From Chloroflexota bacterium (GTDB taxonomy: Bacteria; Chloroflexota; UBA11872; VXOZ01), in assembly GCA_964291655.2 (NCBI GenBank), contig OZ219802.1, positions 704,001 through 768,000 on the forward strand: 64,000 nucleotides of DNA, given 5' to 3'. Below are positions 29,458-38,839 of this stretch, piece by piece. The translations under genes were made by a program, and so were the position numbers. The notes under the pieces were generated by a model that did no database searches, was not told where the DNA came from, and saw only the letters and a list, made by a program, of their open reading frames with translations. The stretch's first letter is position 1. Every line of letters starts with the position of its first letter.

Positions 29458-31179
29458 ATGACCACGGAAACGCAATGGGAAGCACACGTGCAAGCAGCCA
29501 CGGCGCCCTCCGGCATGGTGGCGGCGAAACACCGCCTCGCCGCTCAAGCCGGTTTGGAAGTGCTGCAAGCCGGTGGGAACGCCGTAGATGCCGCAGTCGC
29601 GACGGCCTTCGCCGCCGGCGTGGTGGAGCCGCCCATGAGCGGCGTCGGTGGTGGCGGCTATATGTCCATCTTCCTTAAGGAATCACAACAACGGGTGGTC
29701 GTGGCTTTCCCCATGCAAGCGCCTCAGGCAGCATCCCCGGACATGTGGGAGTTGGTAGAGGGCTACGATAACGAGCTGTTTGGCTGGCGATTGGTCAAGG
29801 ACAATGCCAACATCTACGGCTATTCGTCGATTGCCATACCGGGTATGGTGGCCGGCATGGCGGCAGCGCTGGAGGAATTCGGCACAATCGGGCTGGATAG
29901 TGCCGTAGCACCGGCTATTCGTCTGGCTGAAGAGGGCTTTGCGCTATCGTGGTTCGAGACCATGTGGCAAGCGCAAGACCTTGCCCTGCTCAACCGGTTT
30001 CCCGCCACTGCGGACACCTTCCTTAGCAACGGCTATCCGCATCGGCTGCCGTTTCTTACAGAACCGGGAGCAGCGGGCATGCTGCGTCAGCCGGAACTAG
30101 GCGCTACGCTGCGCGCCCTTGCAGAGGACGGCCCTTCGGTGCTCTACGGCGGACGGGTTGGGGAACAGATTGCCCGTCACGTTCAGGAAAACGGTGGGAT
30201 CCTCTCCGTCGAAGACTTTGCCCAGTATGAGGCTACAGTCCATGCGCAGTCAGTCCTGGGCACGTACCGCGATGCAAACGTCATCGGAATGCGGGGCGGC
30301 ACGGGCGCGCCCACCGTGATGGAGATTCTCAACATCCTGGATAACTTCGACGTCCGAGCATTAGGCCACAACTCAGCCGACTACCTGCACGCATTCATTG
30401 AAGCTTCCGGCCAGGCGTTTGCCGACCGTTTTGCCTACATGGCCGATCCGACGCGTGTGCCGGTTCCCCTGGACGGCCTCCTCTCCAAGGAATACGCCGC
30501 CGCCATGGCCCGGACGATCGATCGCCAAAAAGCGCATGCGGAGCGCACGCATGGCGATCCGTGGCAGTATCAGTCCGGCAGCGGAGCTGCGGATTCAAGC
30601 CCGCTGCCCAGTTCGTCTGCAGAATCGACTACGCATCTCGCCGCTATGGACGGCGCGGGGAATGCCGTGGCACTCACGCAGACGCTGCTCTCTGCGTGGG
30701 GTTCGCGGGTGGTCGTGCCGGGCGCCGGCGTACTCATGAATAACGGCATGATGTGGTACAACCCGGAGCCGGGCACGAGCAACTCGACGGAAGGCGGTAA
30801 GAAGCCGCTCAACAACATGTGCCCGATCGTCCTCGAGCGTGACGGCCAGGCACTCGCAGCATTGGGCGCGTCCGGCGGGCGGCGCATTATCAACACGGTT
30901 GCTCAGCTTGCCATCAATTTAGTTGACTTCGATCTGGACATTCAAGGCGCGATCAACGCCCCGCGCATGGATTGCAGCACCTTGAATCCGATTGTGAGCA
31001 TTCGCATAGACCCTGCCGTCTGCGCGGAACTCAGGCGACGGGGCCACAACATCATCGTGGCGGAGGAAGCATTCCTGCCGCGTTACTTTGCGAGCCCAGT
31101 CGCGATTCAGCGGCAAGACGGGTCACTGATCGGCGCTGCCGACCCGTATTACCCAACCTCGGCAGCAATGGGATATTAG
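29458..31179 (+). CDS. ggt: Gamma-glutamyltransferase family Ntn-hydrolase
   Basis: GGNAVDAAVA, SGVGGGG, IPGMVAG, STTH nucleophile site, GASGG, GAADP. Confidence 0.88.
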   Translation: MTTETQWEAHVQAATAPSGMVAAKHRLAAQAGLEVLQAGGNAVDAAVATAFAAGVVEPPMSGVGGGGYMSIFLKESQQRVVVAFPMQAPQAASPDMWELVEGYDNELFGWRLVKDNANIYGYSSIAIPGMVAGMAAALEEFGTIGLDSAVAPAIRLAEEGFALSWFETMWQAQDLALLNRFPATADTFLSNGYPHRLPFLTEPGAAGMLRQPELGATLRALAEDGPSVLYGGRVGEQIARHVQENGGILSVEDFAQYEATVHAQSVLGTYRDANVIGMRGGTGAPTVMEILNILDNFDVRALGHNSADYLHAFIEASGQAFADRFAYMADPTRVPVPLDGLLSKEYAAAMARTIDRQKAHAERTHGDPWQYQSGSGAADSSPLPSSSAESTTHLAAMDGAGNAVALTQTLLSAWGSRVVVPGAGVLMNNGMMWYNPEPGTSNSTEGGKKPLNNMCPIVLERDGQALAALGASGGRRIINTVAQLAINLVDFDLDIQGAINAPRMDCSTLNPIVSIRIDPAVCAELRRRGHNIIVAEEAFLPRYFASPVAIQRQDGSLIGAADPYYPTSAAMGY

Positions 31180-31203
31180 AGGGGGATAGAACCTCAAACG
31201 TCC

Positions 31204-31896
31204 TTACGCCTGAGCGCGGTCATAGAGAAACCGGTTGCGCAAGCGGGCAGAGAGCGCTAGTGGAGAACCGCGGTCTTGGCGCAGTCCGGCGGTGAGACGG
31301 CGAAATACAAGGATGAGAGAAAGCGCCGCAAACGTCAGTACCGTGGCGGGTGAATCACCAAGCGCCACGGCCGCGAAGGGTAGGATTACAATCGAGATCA
31401 TCATGAAGAGGGGCACGGTGCGACTGTCCTTGCTCTCTTTACCTAGGACTGCGGCCGTAGCCTGCTGCTTGCGGCGACCCATGACTACATGTGCCGCAAG
31501 ACCGGCGCCAGCCGGCATAACGGCCCAGAAGAAGGTCATTGGCGATAGAGCTATCACGACGCCAGCCACCACTGAGATACCCCGCCCTCCGTGGAAGCGG
31601 AGAAAGATGGGCCAGCATTGCCCGGCCACTGCCGCAATTGCCGCCAGCCCAATCACGCTGTCATTGAGATCGAGCGCTCGCGCCACAAGCACTGGCGCCA
31701 CGCCTTTGCCAATATCCAGAACCGCGCCGAGAATACCCGTGAACGGCCCCACTGTGCGCCACAAATTGGTGCCACCAACATTACGGCTGCCTTCATCCCG
31801 CAAGTCGACGCCGGCAACGCGCCCCAATAGATAGACAAACGGAACTGCTCCCAGTAAGTAGGCAGCAAGCATAAGACCGATAACTTGAATTGCCAT
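31204..31896 (-). CDS. plsY: Glycerol-3-phosphate acyltransferase PlsY
   Basis: YLLGAVPF, DLRDEGSRNVGGTN, DIGKG, PIFLRFHGGRG. Confidence 0.85.
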   Translation of the reverse strand: MAIQVIGLMLAAYLLGAVPFVYLLGRVAGVDLRDEGSRNVGGTNLWRTVGPFTGILGAVLDIGKGVAPVLVARALDLNDSVIGLAAIAAVAGQCWPIFLRFHGGRGISVVAGVVIALSPMTFFWAVMPAGAGLAAHVVMGRRKQQATAAVLGKESKDSRTVPLFMMISIVILPFAAVALGDSPATVLTFAALSLILVFRRLTAGLRQDRGSPLALSARLRNRFLYDRAQA

Positions 31897-32069
31897 AGTC
31901 TACTTCTCTAACCCCCACACTCCGTCGCCGGCTTCACGCGCGGTCTGTGCCAGAGATTACCACGCTAGCGATATCTTGCCCACATAGGCTGCTTTCCTGC
32001 AACATAGCGGGCTTGGTATCCTGTTGATGTAGCGGCACTGTTTCCCCTTTAGTTTACGGCAAGCAAGAC

Positions 32070-33182
32070 ATGTCTTCACCACTGCATCGCATTGTCATCA
32101 AAGTTGGCACGAACTTGCTCACGCAGGCTGGGATGCAACTTAACCGTGAACGCATGGCTGACTATGCGCGCCAGATCGCCCTCCTGCGAGATCAAGGAAA
32201 ACAGGTGGTGTTAGTCTCCTCTGGCGCCGTAGCAGCCGGCAGAAACGCCGGTGTGCCATCCCCCAGCGGCAAGGGCATTCCGGTCCGGCAGATACTGGCC
32301 GCCATCGGTCAGCCGCTTCTCATGCGGACGTATGCGGAACTCTTCGCCCCCTATGGCGTAGCGGTGGCCCAAGCTCTCTTTACGCGGACTGAATTGGAAC
32401 GCGACGGCTACCTGAACGCGCGCAATACGCTCCTCGGCCTACTGGAAACCGGCGTGCTGCCGATCTGCAACGAGAACGACGTAGTTGCCGTGGCCGAACT
32501 CCAGCAGATCGGCGACAATGATACGCTCTCTGCCCTCGTTGCAAATCTGGTGGATGCCGATCTACTTGCAATCTTGACCGACATCAAGGGTCTTTACACA
32601 GCGGACCCGCGCAGCGATACGTCCGCCACCCATGTGCCAATGGTGGCAAGCATTACCCGCGAAGTCGAGGCAATGGCGGGCGGCGCCGGTTCCGCCAGCA
32701 GTGTGGGTGGTATGGCAACCAAGATCAAAGCCGCCCGCATGGCTACCGCGGCAGGCACTGATGTCGTTATCTGCCGGGGCACGCTTCCTGACGCGATGCT
32801 TGCCGTAGCCGCGGGGGAAGAGATAGGAACGCGGTTCGCAAGCAAGGTCAGCCGCACGAAGAGTCTGCGCGATGCCTGGATGGCCTCGGACCTCGCCCGC
32901 GGCCATCGCATCATCGTCGACGCCGGCGCGGCAAATGCGCTCTTGAAGAACGGACGCAGCCTCCTGCCTGCCGGCATCATCGCCGTAGAGGGCACATTTA
33001 GTCGAGGTGATACCGTGGAAATCCGCGCCGACGGCGGAGATGCCTTTGCCTGCGGCCTGGTGAACTATCCTTCCGACGAACTGCGGAAGATCATGGGGAG
33101 GAAGTCGAGCGAAATCACCAAACTCTTACCTGAATCTTTCGGCGATGAAGCCGTGCACCGCAACAATATGGTCTTCCTGTAG
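32070..33182 (+). CDS. proB: Glutamate 5-kinase
   Basis: IVIKVGT, VSSGAVAAG, NEND, GDNDTLSA, GGMATK, C-terminal PUA domain ending VHRNN. Confidence 0.96.
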   Translation: MSSPLHRIVIKVGTNLLTQAGMQLNRERMADYARQIALLRDQGKQVVLVSSGAVAAGRNAGVPSPSGKGIPVRQILAAIGQPLLMRTYAELFAPYGVAVAQALFTRTELERDGYLNARNTLLGLLETGVLPICNENDVVAVAELQQIGDNDTLSALVANLVDADLLAILTDIKGLYTADPRSDTSATHVPMVASITREVEAMAGGAGSASSVGGMATKIKAARMATAAGTDVVICRGTLPDAMLAVAAGEEIGTRFASKVSRTKSLRDAWMASDLARGHRIIVDAGAANALLKNGRSLLPAGIIAVEGTFSRGDTVEIRADGGDAFACGLVNYPSDELRKIMGRKSSEITKLLPESFGDEAVHRNNMVFL

Positions 33183-33322
33183 TGACGAGGATCCCAGTTG
33201 CTCCCGCATTGTCGTGCCGAGGGTCAGATTCATAATAGGTAAACTGCAGGGGGCAGGAGTCTTGTCATATAGCAGTGTAAATCTGCTAGCCAGACCCTTT
33301 GAATCAGCGAAGGAGTTTTCCC

Positions 33323-34330
33323 GTGCCGACCGGCAGAGTCGTCGTCTTCCCACATGAGTTTGCAGCCGAACTCGAAGACTTCTCCATCGTGCCCCCGGGC
33401 CCTGGGCAAGTCTTGGTGCAGTCCGAGTACAGTTGCCTAAGCGCAGGCACGGAACGCAAGCGCTATATGAATGTGTATGCCGACTCCGGCGTGCCGCAAC
33501 GTCCGTTCCCAGTGCGGCCGGGTTATGCGAACGTGGGTATCGTGGCGGAAGTCGGCGCGAATGTGACGGCGTACCAGCCGGGCGAGCGCGTCCTCACCAT
33601 GGCGAACCACACCAGTCACTACCTGCGAACGGTAGAGACGGATGCGATCGATCGTCTACCGCCCAATGTACCGTCTGATGGCGCCGCGCTTGCGGTACTC
33701 GCGCAGGTGGCCTTAGCGGGAGTGCGGCGCGCGCCGCCGGAAGTCGGCCAGGCGGCTCTGGTAGCCGGACAAGGAGTTGTCGGCCAGATGGTTGTCCAAT
33801 TCTTGAAAGCAGCCGGGTGCCGGCCCGTCATCGCGACCGACGTGGCAGATTTCCGGCTGGAACGAGCGCAGCGCAGCGGCGCCGATTTGGCCCTGAACGC
33901 CGCCCAAGAAGATGTGTACGCCGCCGTCATGGACGTGACCGGCGGCAACGGCGTCGAACGGGTCTACGATGCCACACCGGTGCCCGACGCGCTGCCGACA
34001 AGCCTGCGTGTGGCGGCGACACGCGGCATCATCGTGATGCTTGGCGGCCCCATGGGCAAGGCAGAGTTAAATCTCTACGCGGACTTCTTCCGGCGCGACC
34101 TCACACTCATGGGCGTCTTCCAACCGCTGACGCCGACGGAGGCCACACCGCAGGCACCGTGGACTCAGCAGCGCCACCGCCAACTCTATCTCACCATGCT
34201 TGAAAGTGGCGCCGTACAGGCTGAGCACCTGATCACCCATGTCGCGTTGCCGACTGATGCTGCCGCCATCTACGCCATGCTCGCGGCAGGCGGGGAAGAC
34301 TCTCTCGGAGTGCTGTTCGACTGGCGCTAG
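33323..34330 (+). CDS. MDR-family dehydrogenase (BchC-like subgroup)
   Basis: SAGTE, PGYANVG, GQGVVGQ nucleotide-binding motif; aggag RBS before GTG. Confidence 0.85.
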   Translation: MPTGRVVVFPHEFAAELEDFSIVPPGPGQVLVQSEYSCLSAGTERKRYMNVYADSGVPQRPFPVRPGYANVGIVAEVGANVTAYQPGERVLTMANHTSHYLRTVETDAIDRLPPNVPSDGAALAVLAQVALAGVRRAPPEVGQAALVAGQGVVGQMVVQFLKAAGCRPVIATDVADFRLERAQRSGADLALNAAQEDVYAAVMDVTGGNGVERVYDATPVPDALPTSLRVAATRGIIVMLGGPMGKAELNLYADFFRRDLTLMGVFQPLTPTEATPQAPWTQQRHRQLYLTMLESGAVQAEHLITHVALPTDAAAIYAMLAAGGEDSLGVLFDWR

Positions 34331-34360
34331 CCGCCTACCGTCTCCGGAGGAATCGGTTCG

Positions 34361-35368
34361 CTACCACTCCAAGATTACGCCAAGGTAGGACGTACGGTCC
34401 GCGAGTAGCTTCGGATATAGGTTTGGGGCGCCTTCCGCGGGGGTCCGGTACGTGATGAGGTCACGCACGTTGACGCGGTCATGCGCCAAGAGGTCCATGA
34501 CGTAAGCGGCGTGAGCGCCGCGCGTCCAGCGATTTTCCTTTGACTCTCCGCTCGGGTGATTGCCGATGGCGCCGATGACCTGGAGGGGCTTGATGTGCAC
34601 CTGCTGCATATCCACCGGCGCGGGATAGCGCGGCGAACCAAGTCCTACCACCCGTCCGTGGGGCCTCGTCAGAGCAAACGTCAGGTCATACGTCTCAGTA
34701 AGACCGGTTGCCTCGAAGACGATATCGGCGCCGCGGCCTGCGGTAAGGTCGTGAACCGCGTCCACCACGTCGTCTACACCGGGATTCAGCAGATGGGTAG
34801 CAGCCCCTACCTTCCGAGTAAGAGCTAGCCGACTTGGTTCAAGATCAACGGCAATGACCGGCTCGCAACCCCCAAGACGAAGAAACTGGACCGCGAGCTG
34901 GCCGAGGATGCCCTGTCCCACGACTACTGCGCACTCGCCAAGCTGCGGCGTCCCGCGACGGTAGGCATTGAGCACGGTAGCCCCCAACGTACAGAACGTT
35001 GCTTCTTCATCCGAAACCGATTTGGGAATCGAAACGGCCCCATCGAGATTGCGCACAACTTGAATGGTGGCGTGACGGGCGGCGCTGGCAATGCGGTCGC
35101 CTACTTTCCACGGCGCCGTAGCTTCGCCAGTTGCTACCACGATACCGGCATTAGAGTACCCGGGATACGTTGGATATTTCGGTAGTATACCCGTCCCCGG
35201 ATTCGTCCATTGCCGACCGGAGAAGAAAGCCAATTCGGTACCTATGCTGATCAAGGAACGGCGGGTCTCAATCGACAGTTCACCGCATTGGGGCAGCGGC
35301 ACGTGATGCTCTTCCCAGGCGACCTCTTGCGGTCCTGGGAACACCAGCCGGCGGCTATTCGACTTCAC
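34361..35368 (-). CDS. MDR-family dehydrogenase (BchC-like subgroup)
   Basis: SIGTE, PGYSNAG, GQGILGQ, GADIVFEATG. Confidence 0.85.
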   Translation of the reverse strand: MKSNSRRLVFPGPQEVAWEEHHVPLPQCGELSIETRRSLISIGTELAFFSGRQWTNPGTGILPKYPTYPGYSNAGIVVATGEATAPWKVGDRIASAARHATIQVVRNLDGAVSIPKSVSDEEATFCTLGATVLNAYRRGTPQLGECAVVVGQGILGQLAVQFLRLGGCEPVIAVDLEPSRLALTRKVGAATHLLNPGVDDVVDAVHDLTAGRGADIVFEATGLTETYDLTFALTRPHGRVVGLGSPRYPAPVDMQQVHIKPLQVIGAIGNHPSGESKENRWTRGAHAAYVMDLLAHDRVNVRDLITYRTPAEGAPNLYPKLLADRTSYLGVILEW

Positions 35369-35819
35369 GTGTCCCTCTCACTTTCTTTGAACCCGATCGG
35401 TCGGCTGCGAGAATTCCAATTCATCCCCGCCTATTTCCAGGGAGAGTGCAAGGCTGACAGGCTTCGAAAAGAATTCAAGAAGGGGCGCAAGAAGCTATTG
35501 CAGAGTAGATTACTCTAATGCAACAGACCCTCTAGGTTGCCAATTTGAGGATGGTAGCATCACGAGCCGCAATGGACTACCGGGCAATGCTCAGGAGCGT
35601 AGGCAGGGGACCTTGATGCGCTACCGACAATCGCATGGGATCGGGACAGAAAGAATTCATCAAGGCGGCAACGAAGCAGCACTCTAGACGAGATAGTCTT
35701 TGCAATCTACCAAAGCTGAAACAAGGGGCCTTGCCCGTAGAACAACAAACTTAGCCCGCAACAAGAACGGTAGACTCTGACTTCTTTGGCTCCTTTGGCA
35801 AGAGCCTTTACTGGGGGAA

Positions 35820-36068
35820 CTAGGGTCCGTCGTAGGGTTGGGGTTTGAACGGTTCCTCAGGCTTGTCCCAATCGATCCACAGCTTCTTGCGACGAAATTG
35901 AAAAACCCAGAAGTCTAACGCCGCAAGCAAGATGACGAGTGTGCCCAGCATCACCGCGCCAAAGACCGCATAGTTCGAGGTGATCGCCACAGCACTCAAA
36001 AACTGCGCGGAAGAGTATCCCCATTCAATGAATGGCCCTACCTGAAAGAAGATATCAAATTTTGGCAT
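35820..36068 (-). CDS. Small hypothetical single-pass membrane protein
   Basis: gagga RBS; one hydrophobic segment followed by FRRKK and a charged tail. Confidence 0.5.
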   Translation of the reverse strand: MPKFDIFFQVGPFIEWGYSSAQFLSAVAITSNYAVFGAVMLGTLVILLAALDFWVFQFRRKKLWIDWDKPEEPFKPQPYDGP

Positions 36069-36200
36069 CGCATTCCTCGCATAGTGTTTGCTCGCACCCA
36101 TTATGGCACGTCAGTTAGCTACTCGCAACTGCGGCGGGTGCAATCCCGATACACCCTCAAGCGTTAGGTGAGCCAACCAGGGCAGGTAGAATTTGTCGGT

Positions 36201-36512
36201 CTAGCCACCGCAGAATAGCGCCTGGTATCTACTCAAGACACGTGCGTACAGTGGGCCAGCCTCCGTCTCACCTTGCGCCCATCGCAAGACCTCTCCATGT
36301 AGCTTGTCCCCCAGATGGAAGCGGAGGTCGCCAAGCAGTTCAATGGCGCCCGGCAGTTCAACCTGCAGCGCCCCCAGGAAGAGGTCGAGTCGCGGATTAG
36401 CGCGCCCCCCTTCCACGGTGCGTTTACCGAAGAGAAATCTCAACACCAAAGCCTGTTCTTCGGCAGTTGCTTGCGCCAACCGTTCATAGAGTACGCGGGG
36501 ATCCGGGCTCAT
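36201..36512 (-). CDS. Hypothetical protein directly downstream of dprA
   Basis: 103-aa ORF whose ATG lies 3 nt after the dprA stop. Confidence 0.6.
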   Translation of the reverse strand: MSPDPRVLYERLAQATAEEQALVLRFLFGKRTVEGGRANPRLDLFLGALQVELPGAIELLGDLRFHLGDKLHGEVLRWAQGETEAGPLYARVLSRYQALFCGG

Positions 36513-36515
36513 CTG

Positions 36516-37616
36516 TCAGTCTCTTAGCCTGCCGCGCGCATACGTGAGGGCACCAACCGCATGAACAACGCCCCGCACCTCCATCAGCGTCAGCAAACTG
36601 CTTACCTCTTGCACTGGGATAGCAGTTTGGGCACTGATTTCGTCCACGTGCACCGGATCGCCATCCAGCACCTCAAAGATGCGCCCTTCTTCCGCACTCA
36701 TAGGGATAGCGGTAGCCAGTTCAGCCTGCCTCCCGGCCATGTGGATGTTGAGCTCGCCGAGAATGTCTTCTACGTTCATGACGAGCTTGGCGCCGTCCTG
36801 GATCAAACGGTGCGGCCCGGCGCTGGACCGCGTCATGATGCTGCCGGGCACCGCGAAGACATCGCGCCCTTGTTGGCCCGCAAATTCAGCAGTAATGAGC
36901 GCGCCGCTCCGTTCGCGGGACTCGGTGATTACAACGCCAAGCGAAAGACCGCTAATGAGTCGATTGCGCACGGGAAATTGATCCGCTGCAGGCTGTCGTC
37001 CCAATGGGTATTCGGAAATGAGCGCCCCCTGTGCCGCGACCTCCTCAGCCAGCCGCCGGTGCTCGGCCGGGTAGATGATGTCCAGTCCGCAACCGAAGAC
37101 TGCGAGCGTGCGCCCTCCGGACTCAAGGGCAGCGCGATGTGCCACGGCGTCTATGCCGCGAGCCAACCCGCTAACCACCGTCACGCCATTGGCGGCGAGG
37201 TCTGTAGCAAGGCGGCGGGTGACACTGCGCCCATAGGAAGTTGCATTGCGCGTACCCACTATTGCCACGCCCAACGCGTCGCTCGCCGCCATACTGCCAC
37301 GTACGTAAAGGCAAATGGGAGGACTGGGAATCTGCCGGAGGAGCGGAGGAAATGCGGCATCGGCCCACGTCAGCACCTCAATCTGCGCTTTCGCAAGCCG
37401 GGCCAGTTCCTTCGTCGGGTCAATCTTGCCGCGGGCGCGTTCCAGGTTGGCGGCAACGGCCGGCTCCAGACCGGCATCCCGCCATGCGGCAGGAGAGGCG
37501 CTCCAAGCCGCGCCCATTGTGCCAAAGTGCCGCAAGAGGCGGTGCATCCGACCCGGCCCAATATCCGGCGCCATACTCAGCGCTACATAGAATGCACGAT
37601 CTTCATCAGGCGTCAT
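36516..37616 (-). CDS. dprA: DNA-protecting protein DprA
   Basis: AIVGTRNATSYG, VSGLARGIDAVAH, FPVRNRLISG, SGALITA, VFAVPG, C-terminal winged helix. Confidence 0.96.
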   Translation of the reverse strand: MTPDEDRAFYVALSMAPDIGPGRMHRLLRHFGTMGAAWSASPAAWRDAGLEPAVAANLERARGKIDPTKELARLAKAQIEVLTWADAAFPPLLRQIPSPPICLYVRGSMAASDALGVAIVGTRNATSYGRSVTRRLATDLAANGVTVVSGLARGIDAVAHRAALESGGRTLAVFGCGLDIIYPAEHRRLAEEVAAQGALISEYPLGRQPAADQFPVRNRLISGLSLGVVITESRERSGALITAEFAGQQGRDVFAVPGSIMTRSSAGPHRLIQDGAKLVMNVEDILGELNIHMAGRQAELATAIPMSAEEGRIFEVLDGDPVHVDEISAQTAIPVQEVSSLLTLMEVRGVVHAVGALTYARGRLRD

Positions 37617-37934
37617 GAATGGTGCTCCACATGCGGCCAGTGCGTGGAGAGACTGCCGTCTCGCACGAGAATTGCTGAGGCGCTAGTCACAACTGCTTCA
37701 CCCACGCATGCAAAGTGCGTGCGTGAAAGTCGCGCAACCAGCGTAGGAGAAAGCAAGGAATCGTTCTTCTCCGTCGGTAGGTAGTGTATCATGTACAGCA
37801 AGGCTGGTCTGAGACCAATCGAAGCAAAATCGGCCGGCTCGGACCTCATTCTTGATTTCAATACCACTCTTGAAAGCCTAGTATTTTCTCCCAAGTCACA
37901 TCCGCTACATGCACCTCTTTGGATCATCGAAACT

Positions 37935-38555
37935 ATGAATATTGAAAGTGCGGAGATTACTGCAACTGAACAACAGACCCCGCAAACGCGGATACTTGTT
38001 GTGGATGATGAGTCGATCATCCGCTTGGACTTACGCGAGCGGCTGACCGACCTGGGTTACACGGTAGTTGGCGAAGCGGCAGATGGGCACATGGCAGTGT
38101 CCCTGACGCGGCGCCTGCGGCCTGACCTGGTGCTCATGGACATCAAGATGCCAAAGATGGATGGCATAACTGCTGCGCGCGTCCTCCTGGAAGAGCGGAT
38201 TGCGCCGATAGTGCTTCTCACGGCCTTCAGTGATCGCGGACTCGTCGAGGATGCACGAGAGGCAGGTGTGCTCGGCTACATCTCCAAACCGTTCCGTGAA
38301 GCCGACCTCGTGCCGACACTCGAAGTCGCCATTGCCCGATTCGCGGAGTTGAAGGCAATCGAGCTGGAAAACGTGGACCTTAAGGAGACGCTGGCAACGC
38401 GGCGACTGGTAGAGCGGGCAAAAGGGATGTTGATGGATGCGCAAGGCCTCTCCGAAGGCGCAGCCTTCCGCCGCATCCAAAAGCTTGCTATGGACCGCCG
38501 CAAACCGATGAGAGAAATTGCCGAGGCCATAATCCTCGCTAACGAGATTACGTAA
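37935..38555 (+). CDS. REC-ANTAR response regulator (PdtaR/EutV-like)
   Basis: ILVVDDE, MDIKMP, LTAFS, SKPF; ANTAR RRLVERAKGMLM...AFRRIQKLAMDRR. Confidence 0.92.
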   Translation: MNIESAEITATEQQTPQTRILVVDDESIIRLDLRERLTDLGYTVVGEAADGHMAVSLTRRLRPDLVLMDIKMPKMDGITAARVLLEERIAPIVLLTAFSDRGLVEDAREAGVLGYISKPFREADLVPTLEVAIARFAELKAIELENVDLKETLATRRLVERAKGMLMDAQGLSEGAAFRRIQKLAMDRRKPMREIAEAIILANEIT

Positions 38556-38839
38556 CCACACGGTGTGCCGGCATTTCGCACCATTACTTGCCATCCTGGT
38601 TAACCTCTATCACCGCATTGGCGCAACCATTATTGCCTTCTTGGTTGTCGCGCAGACACTCTGCCGGAGTGTCGGTAGAGCCTGGCTAAGACCGTTGGCT
38701 GGATGTTGACCGGGGGACTAGCCAACTTCCATTGCCGTTTACGCTCCACTGCAGCATTGGTACTCACTTGCTCTGGTACCAATCCTCTCCTATCATTTAG
38801 CACAAGCGGTTGGGAGCGAATCGTCCACAAAACTTACAC

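Noticed and set aside
35660-35685. ANTAR-target-like hexaloop gcAACGAAgc
   Set aside because: Single weak hairpin with no second hairpin and no clear downstream gene
35369-35819. 450-nt intergenic gap as a hidden gene or RNA
   Set aside because: Only short ORFs without recognisable motifs, and no convincing structure by eye
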